Under the pieces are notes generated by a model, which did no database searches, was not told where the DNA came from, and saw only the letters and a program-made list of their open reading frames with translations. Shown piece after piece: positions 37,273-49,459 of a DNA stretch of 64,000 nucleotides. Source of the stretch: Felis catus (lineage: Eukaryota); the NCBI RefSeq assembly GCF_018350175.1, contig NC_058368.1, positions 87,978,001 to 88,042,000 of the forward strand, in the 5' to 3' direction. The translations under genes were made by a program, and so were the position numbers. The first letter of the stretch is position 1. Each line of letters starts with the position of its first letter.

Positions 37273-38029
37273 GACCATGCCAAGTGCACTGGCCGTCTGA
37301 AGGTCCTACAGACTCTGGGTATAGGTGGGCAGCCAGAAGCTACACACAGGCCTAGGGCAGGTATTGTATCCTTGGTGCTTCCGGCAGCACCTGGCCTAGC
37401 TGTTGTGTCCATGGCACCTTTAAATGGGAACCCCTGAGAACCCAGCTAGGGGCCTTTGCTGGCCATGGACAAGGGAGGGCCCCAGGCCCCAGGGTGGGCC
37501 GGCAGGACAATGTGTGTGCTGCAAATGACCCAGGAAGACTGTTCCCAACTCCATGGCTATGGCCCTGATGCAGGGACAAGCAGGGACAAAAGGCCAGCCC
37601 TGCCCGGGTGAAAGGTGGCCTTTGTCTGGTGGGGCTTAACCAGAACCCAGAGGGGCCACCTGTTGGGAAGTGGTTGATCCCCGCCTCCAGCAGCCCAGGT
37701 CTGAGAAACCCCCTTCAGGAACCCCAGATGAGGGTAGGGACCAGGGGAAGACACGCAGGCATGCTCCTTGCACCTGCTTGATCTGAGGACTTTTCCTGCA
37801 GGTGTGTCCACCAGTTGACCCTCACCACGGCCAGGTGTAAGGGCCAGGGGTCCAGAGCACCCAGGGAGGTGGGAAGGAGGGTAGGGAGGAAGCAGACCCA
37901 CAATAGCCAGCAAGATGGGAGTTCTATGCACACTCAGCTTCACCCCTGCCCTCAGCCAGCACCCCTGTGTCTGCTGGGGAAACCGAGGATCTCAGCACAG
38001 ACCAGATGCACCCAGAGTGCCCAAAATCT

Positions 38030-38175
38030 GGAGACCCTCCTCCATCCTCCTCCCTGACCTGTGACCCTCCATAGTTTACCCTCCTCCTCTGTCCTCCTCA
38101 TGACCTGTGATTCCTCCGTAGCTCACCCCCATGCTCATCCTCCTCTCTGACCTGTAACCCCCCATAGCTCACACT
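38030..38175. repeat. About 48-bp tandem repeat (tcctcctc..tgacctgtga.cc.ccatag), 3 copies
   Basis: tgacctgt recurs at about 38055, 38101 and 38148. Confidence 0.7.
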
Positions 38176-38670
38176 CATAAGTCTCTCTGAGTCCCTTGTC
38201 CCTATGCCCTGTCAAAGACAGGCAAGTTTGGCTCTAGGAAGTGGCACCTGCAGATCAGGATCCCGCCGGCCATGCACCCCTGGCACCAGCCCATCTGCTG
38301 CCTGTGGACAGACCCCAGGCCACCGGCTGCAGCCCCTGCCCATACATCACTGGGCTCTTGTGGGACATTTGGCCTCCTTGGTGCTCCCTGCATCTACACT
38401 CTGCTCATGTGGTGTGCCAGACCATCCACATGCTGGCTGCATGCCATGGGACTGTCCCGTCCTCCTCATGGCTCTGACAGGAGCAATGGGCCTGGCTGAG
38501 CTGTGAGTGGTCCGTCTGAGGGGAGAGGCCCATCTGGGAGGCACCAAGGGGAGGGGGCCATGCTTGCACTGCTGTGTGGCCCCGGGCACACCCCTGCAGG
38601 GCCCGTCTCCTTCTGGAGCTGCCCGCATGGCTGTGTGGCCCTGGGCACACCCTTGCAGGGACTTTTCCTT

Positions 38671-41560
38671 CTTTTTTTTTTTTTTAATTTTTTTTATCTT
38701 GTTTTACTTTGTATTTTTTTTAAATTTACATCCAAATTAGTTTAGCATATAGTGCAACAATGATTTCAAGAGTAGATTCCATACTGCCCCTTACCCATTT
38801 AGCCCATCCCCCTCCCACAACCCCTCCAGTAACCCTCTGTTTGTTCTCCATATTTATGAGTCTCTTCTGTTTTGTCCCCCTCCCTGTTTTTTTTATTTAA
38901 CTTTATTTTTTATTTTTTAAAATTTACATCTAAATTAGTTAGTATATAGTGAAGCAATGATTTCAGTAGATTCCTTAATGCCCCTTACCCAATTAGCCCA
39001 TCCCCCCTCCCACAACCTCTCAAGCAACCCTGTTTGTTCTCCATATTTATGAGTCTCTTTTGTTTTGTCCCCCTCTCTGTTTTTATATTATTTTTGTTTC
39101 CCTTCCCTTATGTTCATCTGTTTTGTCTCTTAAAGTCCTCATATGAGTGAAGTCATATGATTTTTGCCTTTCTCTGANNNNNNNNNNNNNNNNNNNNNNN
39201 NNNNNNNNNNNNNNNNNNNNNNNNNNNNNNNNNNNNNNNNNNNNNNNNNNNNNNNNNNNNNNNNNNNNNNNNNNNNNNNNNNNNNNNNNNNNNNNNNNNN
39301 NNNNNNNNNNNNNNNNNNNNNNNNNNNNNNNNNNNNNNNNNNNNNNNNNNNNNNNNNNNNNNNNNNNNNNNNNNNNNTGATAGTGCTGCTATAAACATGG
39401 GGGTGCATGTGTCCCTTTGAAACAACATACCTGTATCCCTTGGATAAATGTCTAGTAGTGCAATTGCTGGGTCGTACAGTAGTTCTATTTTTAGTTTTTT
39501 GAGGAACCTCCATACTGTTTTCCAGAGTGGCTGCATCAGCTTGCATTGCCACCAACAATGCAAAAGAGATCCTCTTTCTCCGCATCCTCGCCAACTTCTG
39601 TTGTTGCTTAAGTTGTTAATGTTAGCCATTCTGACAGGTGTAAGGTGTTATCTTATTGTGGCTTTGATATGTATTTCTCGGATGATGAGTGATGTGGAGC
39701 ATTTTTTTCACGTGTCGGTTGGCCATCTGGATGTCTTCTTTGGAGAAGTGTCTAGTCATGTCTTTTCCCCATTTCTTCACTGGATTATTTGTTTTTTGGG
39801 TGTTGAGTTTGACAACTTCTTTATAGATTTTGGATACTAACCCTTCATCTGATATGTCATTTGCAAATGTCTTCTCCTATTCTGTCCGTTGCCTTTTAGT
39901 TTTGCTGATTGTTTCCTTTGCTGTGCAGAAGCTTTTTATTTTGATGAGGTCCCAGTAGTTCACTTTTGCTTTTGTTGCCCTTGCCTCCAGAGATGTATTG
40001 AGTAAGAAGTTGCTGCAGCCAAGATCAAAGAGGTTTTTGCCTGCTTTCTCCTCAAGGATTTTGGTGGCTTCCTGTCTTACATTGAGGTCTTTCATCCATT
40101 TTGAGTTTATTTTTGTGTATGGTGTAAGAAAGTGGTCCAGGTTCGTTCTTCTGCATGTTGCTGTCCAGTTTTCCCAGCACCACTTGCTGAAGAGACTGTC
40201 TTTATTCCATTGGATATTCTTTCCTGCTTTGTCAAAGATTAGCTACCCATACGTTTGTGGGTCCATTTCTGGGTTCTCTATTCTGTTCCATTGATCTGAG
40301 TGTCTGTTCTTGTGTCAGTACCATACTGTCTTTATGATTACAGCTTTGTAGTATAGCTTGAAGTCTGGGATTGTGATGCCTCCTGCTTTGGTTTTCTTTT
40401 TCAAGATTGCTTTGGCTATTCGGGGTCTTTTCTGGTTCCACACAAATTTTAGGATTATTTGTTCTAGCTCTGTGAAGAATGCTGGTGTTACTTTGATAGA
40501 GATTGCATTGAATATGTAGATTGCTTAGGTAGTATCGACATTTTAACAATATTTGTTCTTCCTATCCAGAAGCATGGAACCTTTTTCCATTTTTTGTGTG
40601 TCTTGTCAATTTCTTTCATAAGCTTTCTATAGTTTTCAGTGTACAGACTTTTCCCTTCTTTGATTAGATTTATTCCTAGGTATTTTATGTTTTTTTGTGC
40701 AACTGTAAATGGGATCAATTCCTTGATTTCTCTTCTGTCACTTCATTGTTGGTGTATGGGAAGGCAACCGATTTCTGTGCATTGATTTTATATCCTGCAA
40801 CTTTGCTGAATTGATGAATCAATTCTAGCAGTTTTTTGGTGGAATCTTTTGGATTTTCCATATAGAGTATCATGTCATCTGCGAAGAGTGAAAGTTTGAC
40901 CTCCTCCTGGCTGATTTGGATGCCTTTTATTTCTTTGTGTTGTCTGATTGCAGAGGCTAAGACTTCCAGTACTATGTTGAATAACAGTGGCTAGAGTGAA
41001 CATCCCTGTCTCATTCCTGGCCTTATGGGGAAAGCTCTGTTTTTCCCTATTGAGGATGATATTAGCCTTGGGACATTCATATATGGCTTTTATGATCTCG
41101 AGGTATGCTCGTTCTATCCCTACTTTCTTAAGGGTTTTTATCAAGAAAGGATGCTGTATTTTGTCAAATGCTTTCTCTGCATCTATTGAAAGGATCATAT
41201 GGTTCTTGTCCTTTCTTTTATTGATGTGATGAATCACATGAATTATTTTGCGGATATGGAACCAGCCCTGCATCCCAGGTGTAAATCCCACTTGGTTGTG
41301 GTGAGTAATTTTTTTAATGTATTGTTGAATCTGGTTGGCTAATACCTTGTTGAGGATTTTTGCATCCATGTTCATCAGGGAAATTGGTCTATAGTTCTCC
41401 TTTTCAGTGGGGTCTTTGTCTAGTTTTGCAATCAAGGTAACTCTTCACAGAAAGAGTTTGGAAGTTTTCCTTCCATTTCTATTTTTTGGAACAGCTTCAA
41501 GAGAATAGGTGTTAACTCTTCCTTAAATGTCTGGTAGAATTCCCCTGGAAAGCCATCGGG
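38671..41560 (-). mobile_element. 5'-truncated carnivore/felid L1 (ORF2 RT to C-terminus and 3' UTR) with a doubled 3' end
   Basis: Peptides [55 protein letters not shown] and [19 protein letters not shown]; frameshifts and stops; poly(T) at 38671. Confidence 0.95.
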
Positions 41561-43574
41561 GCCATCTCCTGCACTTGCCAGCACTGCTGTGTGACCCTGG
41601 GCACACCCCTGTGGGGGCCCGTCTCCTTCTGCACCTGCACACACTGCTATGTGGCCCCACCCATGCCCACAGCCACACCTGGAGCGTGTTTCAGGACATG
41701 CACAGCTGACCTCCAGGCCTGGGCCCTGCCACCAAGGGAGAGGAGATGCCGCAGTGGAGCTCAGGGCAGCTGCAAGCCTGAGAGGTCATAAGGGCTACAA
41801 AACTAAGTTGTCACACAATTACACTGTGTGCAAGAAATGGGGGGCCAGACTCGGCCCCAGGGGAGGCCTCCAGCTGGTCTGATTCCTGACGAAGCGTGTG
41901 ATTTCCTCAGCTGCAGAAGGCTGTGTCCCAACCCTCCCAGGCCTAGGAGGAATGGCCTCGGGAGGAATGGCCTCGAGAGTCATGGGGGCACACCACTGGG
42001 GCAGGAAGGGAGCCCAACAGCCCACACTGCCTCTGACCCTCCGCCAGAAGCCACAGGACTGGGAAAAAGGCCAGAAGGCCGGGAAGCTGAAAGCCGTCAG
42101 TAGGCCACGGTGGCCAGCACCAGTACCCTTGTGCTGTAACCCAACATGCCCATGTGCTACCCTGACTCCAGACCCCGAGCATGTATTTCTTTGCAAGGAA
42201 AGAAGTGAGAGACAAAAATTCATTCTTGGAAAAACAGGTGATGATGCGAGTCACCTGGGTATGGGGGGTCCCCCCCCCTCCTGTCCTGCTGGCGGCCCGT
42301 GGGGGCGAGGAACGCAGTTCTCCACAAGGCTTCTGTGAACGCCAGTGGGCCACGCTGCTGGCTTCCAGGGACCCCCCCCCCCACTCATTCCAGTCAGGTT
42401 CAAGTGTACTTTCCCCAGGAGTATTTCAGGAACAAGGTAAGATCTACTGGAGCAAATGAGCTCGAGCACCAACCGCAGGGTGCTGAGGCTGTACCCCAAC
42501 CCAGGGCGCTGAGGCTGTACCCCCACCCCGGGCACTGAGGCTGCACCGGGGAAGAGGGGGGACACCAGGCCATGCAAACAGCCCGACTCAGGTGGGGAGA
42601 GCAGAGCCCCCCCCCACCCATCCGCTCCTACTCCCCCCCACCCCGCATTGTCAGCGTGCCTCTGGGTAGCCCCTGATGGATGCCGTTGAACCCGTTCCTT
42701 CTCCCGCCCGTGTGCTTCTCTGGCTCCGCGCATCGTCCAACAGGAGAAACCCTGACTGTGGAGGATACCGGCTCCCATCCCCCTCCTTTCCTCCCAAAGA
42801 TACTTCATTTTAGTTTCCATAGCAAGAGCAAGGGTGCAGGCCCCCAAATCTTCTAAGTTACTGCCCTTGCTGCTGGCAGCGAGGCCCCGAGAGAAGGGAG
42901 CACAGCGGCACGACCGAAATGACCCAAGCTTCTGCAGGTGCGTGCAGGGCTCACTCAAGCCCCTGGGCTCTTCCAGCCGCACCCCAAACAGCACAGCCTC
43001 GTGTCTGCGGAGCTGAGTCCGTGTGCAGGGGTCTGCAAAGCTTATCCGCAACATGCGCTGGGGCAGACCCTTCCTAAGGAAGTAGGTTTGGCCTCTGCGA
43101 AGACTTGCTCCCCTGGGCAATACATACGCGTTTCTAAGTAGTGCCAGCTACGTGGGATCCTAGCTGAGGACGCGGGCCCTTTGAATCCACCTGCTAGATT
43201 TTGAGTGTGGCCTCATATGGTTATGTCCAGCGAGTAACAAGTGTGCAGCAAACATTATCATCTGGAAAACGCTCACTGAGCTGAACACAGAGGCAGGCCA
43301 AGCCTCCGCTTCCCTGCTGACCTTCCTGGGGGAGGGCGGGGCTGGGGGTCGGCCATGCCCTCTCCCATCCAGACAGAGCGTGAATGAATCTACATTTGGG
43401 GCAAGCCACCCTTTCTTCAGGGACAACTCAAGTGTGAGCGGAACCTAGAGACCCTTTATCCCAGAAGGAACCTGAGCCTTCCCGGCCGCAGCACAGACCG
43501 AAGGGACTGGCACGTGGGCTTAAGACTAAGCGGCCAGTTAGCAGGCACCCAGCACTACCCTGGGACCTGAGCCA

Positions 43575-43885
43575 GTTTCCACAGCCTGGATACCTTGGTC
43601 CCCCCACCCCGAATTCATACTGCCAGGGCCTCAGTCTTGGAGGCAGGGCCTTTGGTGGGTGATGAGGTGCTGAGGGTGGAGCCCCAATGATGGGATCAGT
43701 GCCCTTAGGAAGGGGTCACCCTTGCCCCTTCCACCACAGGACACCGCCAGAAGATGCTGTCCATGAACCAGGAATCGGCCTCACCAGACACCATGTCTCA
43801 GACCTCCAGCCTCCAGAGCCCTGAGAAAGAAGTGTGTTCACAACCCTTGGTCTGTGGTGTCTGGGCACAGCACCCTGGCTGACCT
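43575..43885 (+). mobile_element. MLT1A/B-like MaLR LTR
   Basis: gagggtggagccccaatgatgggatcagtgccctta and gacctccagcctccagagccctgagaaa. Confidence 0.72.
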
Positions 43886-44080
43886 GGCATTGGAAAGGCC
43901 ACACCCGCATGCTTGAAACCATGACTCTCACATCCTCACAGTGAAGCATTCAGTGAAAGGGTTCTAAAGGGTTAGACAACCCCTGCTGGGTTTACTCGGA
44001 GGCAATCACTGAGTCCTCCGGAAAAGCAGGTGTGCACACGGTCAGGTGCTCAGCGCGTGGGCTGCTGCCCAGCTCAGGAC

Positions 44081-44780
44081 CTGTGGCATAAGGAGGGTGG
44101 CACATCTGGTCTCCATCCTGGTCCTGACACCAAGCTCCTTCCCACCTTGGGATTTCCCGGTGACAGAGCGTCTCTTGATCTAACCAGGTGACTCCTGGCT
44201 GGTTCCTTCCTGGGTGGGGGCAGGTCCCCAGAAAGATAGAGACCTGACTGGAAGCCTGGAACGTTCAGTCCCACCCCCATCCCCTAGGGAGCTATCACAA
44301 TCCCTTGTGCCTATGTGGCAAAGACCCCAAAGATCCCAGTAGTGGGGGGTTCAGGGAGCTTCTGGGTTGGGGCACACCTCCACTGGGCTCAGGACCCTCC
44401 CGGACCTCACCCGTGTGCCTCTTTATCTGGCTGTTCATCTGTGCCCTTTATCACATCCTTTCCTATGTAAGAAACCGCTAAGTTTTCCATATGCGTTTCC
44501 CTAGGATCTGTGAGTCCTTCCAGCACATTCATCAAACCCGAGGAGGGGCCGTGGGAACCTCTCATCTGTCGCCCATGGGTCAGAGCACAGGTGATGTCTG
44601 GACTTGGGGTTGGCATCTGAAGTGGGGTGGTCTTGTGGGATGGATCCCCGAGCCTGTGGGTCCCACAGAGATGGGGCCAGAGCTGAATTAAACTGCTGGA
44701 CCCCCAGCTGGCATCCGTGGAGAATCAGAGAATTGGTTGATGTTGTCGGAAAACACCAACACACCCATCTGTTGTAAAAC
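44081..44780 (+). mobile_element. MER21-like ERVL LTR
   Basis: ggttcagggagcttctgggttgg, tttccctaggatctgtgag and ggacccccagctggcatccgtggagaatcagagaattgg. Confidence 0.68.
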
Positions 44781-45004
44781 CTCAAGGGGCACTGCAATTG
44801 TAACAGAAAATTTCCCTGAGGACACGTGTGACTCTTGTGGAAAATAAAACCGCGAAGATAAGCTAACAGATCTTGTCGCCTGCACACCCACGGGCACTCC
44901 TTACAGCCACTGAAAAACACCAAATTTCACATCTTCACCCTGTTGGCATCCTGAGAAACCACTACTGTAGCATGGATGTTGGATGTTGTCAGTGCCAAAC
45001 ATTC

Positions 45005-45098
45005 TTTTAAGCAGGCTCCACACCCAACGTGGGGCTTGAACTCGAGACTCTGAGACCAAGAGCTGTATGTGCTACTGACCGAGCCAGCCAGGTGCCCC
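45005..45098 (-). mobile_element. Short or truncated CAN-SINE
   Basis: ggggcttgaactcgagactctgagaccaagag...gagccagccaggtgcccc. Confidence 0.8.
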
Positions 45099-45397
45099 TG
45101 TAAATGCTGAGCACTTTAATGAATCAGCTTTTTTGCTTTCCAAAGCATCAGCCACTTGCAGAAATACCTGGTGCTAAGAGACTGTGCCTCATGTCACTGG
45201 AAAAACTCCTGTGGCCTTTGAAAATACTTTATAACCAAGATTAAGGGGAGGTCACACATATTGTAAAGAATGTTGAAAGGTGCATTGTGTCCTCAGGCTG
45301 AATGTGGTCAATCGGCGCTGGGATGAGGCTGGTGTGTCCAAAGACCAATGGAGAAGCTCCCCCATCAGTTGCCATCTCCAACCCCGTGTGGTTCACA

Positions 45398-45590
45398 CAG
45401 TGCTGAACACCCTGGGTGCAGTCATCCCTGGGCACACATTACGGTCCCTAGAGAAGGCCACAGCCCGGGACAACCAGATCCCACATACCCCGCGTGGCTC
45501 ATGTAGTGCTGAACACCCTGGGTGTAGTAGCCCTGGGTGCACATTATGGTCCCTACAGCAGGCCACAGCCCGGGACAACCAGATCGCAAC
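45398..45590. repeat. About 105-bp direct duplication
   Basis: agtgctgaacaccctgggtg...cacatta.ggtcccta...ggccacagcccgggacaaccagatc occurs twice. Confidence 0.85.
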
Positions 45591-46149
45591 ACCTGGGGTG
45601 CGGAGTCCAGGCAGCAGGGGTCCTAGGCCTTGTCCCAGAACCATGGGCATCGACCTTAGTGCAAACAGCAGGTGCAGAGGCCCACTTCTGGGGACAGCGC
45701 TGCAGCAAACCAGGTGTAAGTGATGAGAGCCAATTAGAGAAAACGTTTCTAATCTCTGGAGTTGTCCTCAGTGCATACAGCCAATGCTTCAGGAACATCT
45801 GCTAAAACCTGGTAAGAACCATGAGCTTCTGCCTCCAGCTCAAGCGGGACACAGTGCCACTCGTGGTCGGTGTGGCCAATACAGGGCTCCTGATCAGGTG
45901 TGGTATCAGAGCAACATTCCTCAGCTCCCCATTCAAGTCAAGGGGGCTAAACCCTGCAGCACTGTGGTCCAGAGTCTTCCATTTGGAGGCTTTACCCCAT
46001 GCACGGAGGCGTGGCAGATTGAGCTTATCTGGGACCTGGCTGCCCCCAGTCCAGTGCACTAGCGGAGCACAGGGTTTGCCCCAGGAGAGCAGACGGGGAA
46101 GGTTAGGACCGCTGCCCAGGACCTGCTGAGACCCTGCCTCAGGGAGGAG

Positions 46150-47250
46150 AGGCCAGTCAAGGGGCTCTCCAAAGGAACTGACCTCCTTTGACACAGAGCG
46201 CAGGAAAGTTCAGGCTGTAGGCTACCCTTGAAAACATTAGCTTGTCTTAATTAAGAGCAACAAGCTGAACCTCGGAAAGACTTGGCTCAAGAGAACCTCC
46301 CGGGGTTGGGCAGAACCTACCCACTGGCCTTGAGAAGCGCTGCTTGCCCGAGGCTGAGCATTGCTGAAAACAGAGATCAGTCAGCCAGCAATCAAGGGGG
46401 CCTGAGGCTGACTGAGACATCAGCTGAGACAGGCCTCCGAACGGAGGGACTGGAAAAGCGATGGGCAGAGAGGCCCCGGAAATCCCTGCACCCGGTGGCG
46501 GTGCTCACACTCAAGCTGCATGCTGACTCGGCACCGACACCAGCAGCTTCACCCTGCAGGGCACAGAGACCCCACTGATACAGTCCAAGCACACACGCCC
46601 ACCTGCAACCACAAAAACAAAACAAGCCCACACAAGCAGGACTGGAGTGTGTCCAGACTTGTTGTACAACGTATCACCTGAAGTATCCAGTTTTCAACCA
46701 CAAACAGGAGACATGCCAAGAACAGGAAAGCCTGGCCCCAACACAGGAGGGGAAGGCAGACCACAGAAACAATCGCTGCTATTTCTACTGCTCTGAGAGC
46801 ACCAGGAGACTGCGGCCGTGATGCTGTGCATCATCAAATAGGGAACACCAACGAAGACAGAGGAGTTATAAAAGTCAGCATTCGCGAGAGCGGCTCAGTG
46901 GCAGAAGACAGCACCTGTGAGCTTGAAGATAGATTGCAACAGGTCGTGCAGTACAAACGACAGAGAGAATAAAGGATAAGGGGAAACGGAGAGTCCTGAG
47001 GAAATGCGGGACGGTACCCAACAAGCACACCAATACACACATGGTAAAAACAACGCCCAGTGGACAAGGGCAGAAGACCACCCACAAGGTCAGAGACAGG
47101 CACTGGCCAGGTACACAGCAAAGGGCACAGCTCCTGGGAAAACCACTCATTCTCTCCCCCAAACAGTGGAACACGAAACAGCAGCTCAGCCAAATGGTAT
47201 CCTAAAAAGTGTAGAGTCAGAACACGAAAATAAATGCAATGTGCTTTCAA
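46150..47250 (+). mobile_element. Very old L1 5'/ORF1 remnant
   Basis: atccagttttcaaccacaaacaggagacatgccaagaacaggaaag and gagcttgaagatagattgcaac are ORF1-like phrases. Confidence 0.55.
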
Positions 47251-47327
47251 TTGTTATTATTGTTCAGGGTAGTAACTGTTCTCAACACAGGCTTCCTATG
47301 GGGGGGGGGGGGAGGCTGCTTTACATG

Positions 47328-47862
47328 CTTTAGCCCACCTGTGGGGTGGTGGTGGGAGGGGGGTAGCCCACCTGAAGGGGGGGCGGCAGGAGAGGGGGTA
47401 GCCCACCTGCGGGTGGGGGTGGGAGGGGGTAGCCTACCAGTGGGGGCGACAAGGGACAGATAGCCCACCTATGGGGGGGTGGGAAGCAGATAGCCCACCC
47501 GGTGGGGGGGGGATAGCCCATCTGTGTGTGTGGGGGAAGGGATAGCCCACCTGTGTGGGGGCAGAGAGAGGATAGCCCACCTGTGAGGGGGTGGGAAGAG
47601 GATAGCCCACCAGGGGGGAGAGGATAGCCCACCTGTGGGGGGGCGGGGGTAGAGGATAGCCAACTTGTGTGGGGGGGTGAGAGAGGCTAGTCCATCTGTG
47701 GGGGTGGGGGGGAGAGGATAGCCCGCCTGTGGGGGGGGCCGGGGAGGTAGCCCACCTGCGGGTGGGGGGTGCTGGAGGGGGGTAGCCTGCCTCCGGGTGG
47801 TGGGGGGAGGTAGGCCACCTGCAGAGGATGGCAGGAGACGGGTAGCCCACCTGCAGGAGGAG
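47328..47862. repeat. G-rich minisatellite, about 30-bp unit ggatagcccacctgtgggggg, about 18 copies
   Basis: Core tagcccacct counted about 18 times. Confidence 0.92.
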
Positions 47863-48069
47863 GGGGGCTGCAGTGCTGCTGGGTACAGTGTAGACATTCT
47901 CATCAACCCTGAAAGTTTCAGAGCAGAGAGATGCTCTGAACAGCATTCAGGAGGAATTCACCTGCAGCGACTAACTTGGGCGAAAACCCAAAAGTGAGTC
48001 CATAATCTGACAGAGAGTTTCAGGAGCAAACACCATGCAAGACTTTTAACAAAGTAAATGCAAGGATTC

Positions 48070-48265
48070 TGAGGATCTAAACTGTGTCTGCTAAAACAAA
48101 TGCCAGAGAATGTATGTGGAAATTTTTCTGGCCCAGAGTATTTGCCAAACCTTTGAAAAGGCTCTTGGAAAACCTTGTTGATGTGCCCAAAGAAAACGAG
48201 CCCCCGGGCACCCTGGTACTGGTGTCAGCAGCACAGTTGTGTGCCCCCCCCTTCACCATTGTCAT
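48070..48265 (+). pseudogene. Possible highly decayed processed pseudogene of 60S acidic ribosomal protein P1 (RPLP1)
   Basis: Translates to TVSAKTNA...(V-E-I, frameshift)FWPRVFAKPL versus RPLP1 TVTEDKINA...VEPFWPGLFAKAL. Downstream ctggtactggtgtcagcag...tgcccccc resembles the RPLP1 hinge. Match from memory only. Confidence 0.3.
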
Positions 48266-48767
48266 GGTTTAAAATTAGAGCCCACAGGGTCTGGGAGTTG
48301 CCACGGAGCATGGATCCACCCGCCCTTCCAACAGCTGCCTTCCCTCCCTGGAAGGCTAAGATTAGGGCTGCACAAATTCCTAGAGTAGAAATTAAGGGCC
48401 ACATTTAACCGGGTGACTTAATTTGGCAATCCTGCCCCTTCTGTCATAATCAGAAAGTGGCTCTTCTCATGGCCAGAGCTTTGCTACTAACTGACTCCGT
48501 CATTTCCGATCAGTCACTGCCTTGTTGGCCTTCCCAAAGAACTTCAAGACCCCCATTCATTATCCCCTGAGCATCACAATCTGAGAGTCAGCTCGTTCAA
48601 AAGCCTACCCTTGTCTTTTACACAAGGGCTGTGCCGAGAGATGCTCTCAACAAAGTTGTTACTGTCCAAGCAAGAAACACACCCTACTTTCTAAACACTG
48701 ACTCTCAGATGTGCTAACACCTTATCAGAAAGCTCAGTAATGAAGATAGTGGCTCAGGGGTGGGCAA

Positions 48768-48970
48768 ATGAATGGAATGGAATGGAATGGAATGGAATGG
48801 AATGGAATGGAATGGAGTAATAAAGTAGAATAGAATAGAACAGAATATAATAGAAAAATAAAGTAGAATACAATATAATGGAATAATAAAGTAGAATAGA
48901 ATAGAATAGAATAGAACAGAACAGAATAGAATAATAAAGTAGAATAGAATGGAATGGAAAATAGAATGAA
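48768..48970. repeat. (GGAAT)n grading into (AGAAT)n pentanucleotide repeat
   Basis: Visible directly. Confidence 0.95.
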
Positions 48971-49039
48971 CAGAGAGCCTGGGAACAAGAACCATCAGTT
49001 CTCCTTGGAAGACACAAACATCAGGTCACTACTTTGCAC

Positions 49040-49445
49040 CTGCATGGAATGAATGGTGACTCCAGAAAAAGATATGTCAAAGTCCTTACCACCAGAATAT
49101 GTATGGGACCTTATACAGAGGTAGGGTCTTTGCAAATGCAATCAAGTTAGGATGTGGTCATCAGGATTGGCCCCAACCCAAGAAATGGCATCCAGGGAAA
49201 CTTAGGCGCACAGAGAGGGAAGGTGACCCAGATACACACAGGCAGAAGGTGGTCATGTAAAGACAGAGGGACAGACCATCTGGGGCACCAGGATCTGGAA
49301 GAAGCAAGAAAGCCCCCTGCCCCTACCCAGAACCTCTGGAGGGAGTGTGGCCCTGCCCCCACCTTGGTGCTGGGACAATACATTTCTGCTGATTAGAGCC
49401 ACACAACTTGTGCCAGTTTATTACAGAAGCCTTAGGGAGTGAATA
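49040..49445 (+). mobile_element. MLT1B/C-like MaLR LTR
   Basis: aaaagatatgtcaaagtcc...agggtctttgcaaatgcaatcaagttaggatg and ggagggagtgtggccctgcc. Confidence 0.75.
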
Positions 49446-49459
49446 CAATGCCACATACA

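Noticed and set aside
42251-43120. 289-aa minus-strand ORF
   Set aside because: No recognisable domain, non-ATG start, GC-rich context; no support for coding.
47328-47862. Repeat-spacer-like appearance suggesting a CRISPR-type array
   Set aside because: Eukaryotic DNA; the spacers are variable G-runs rather than unique sequence, and there are no cas genes.
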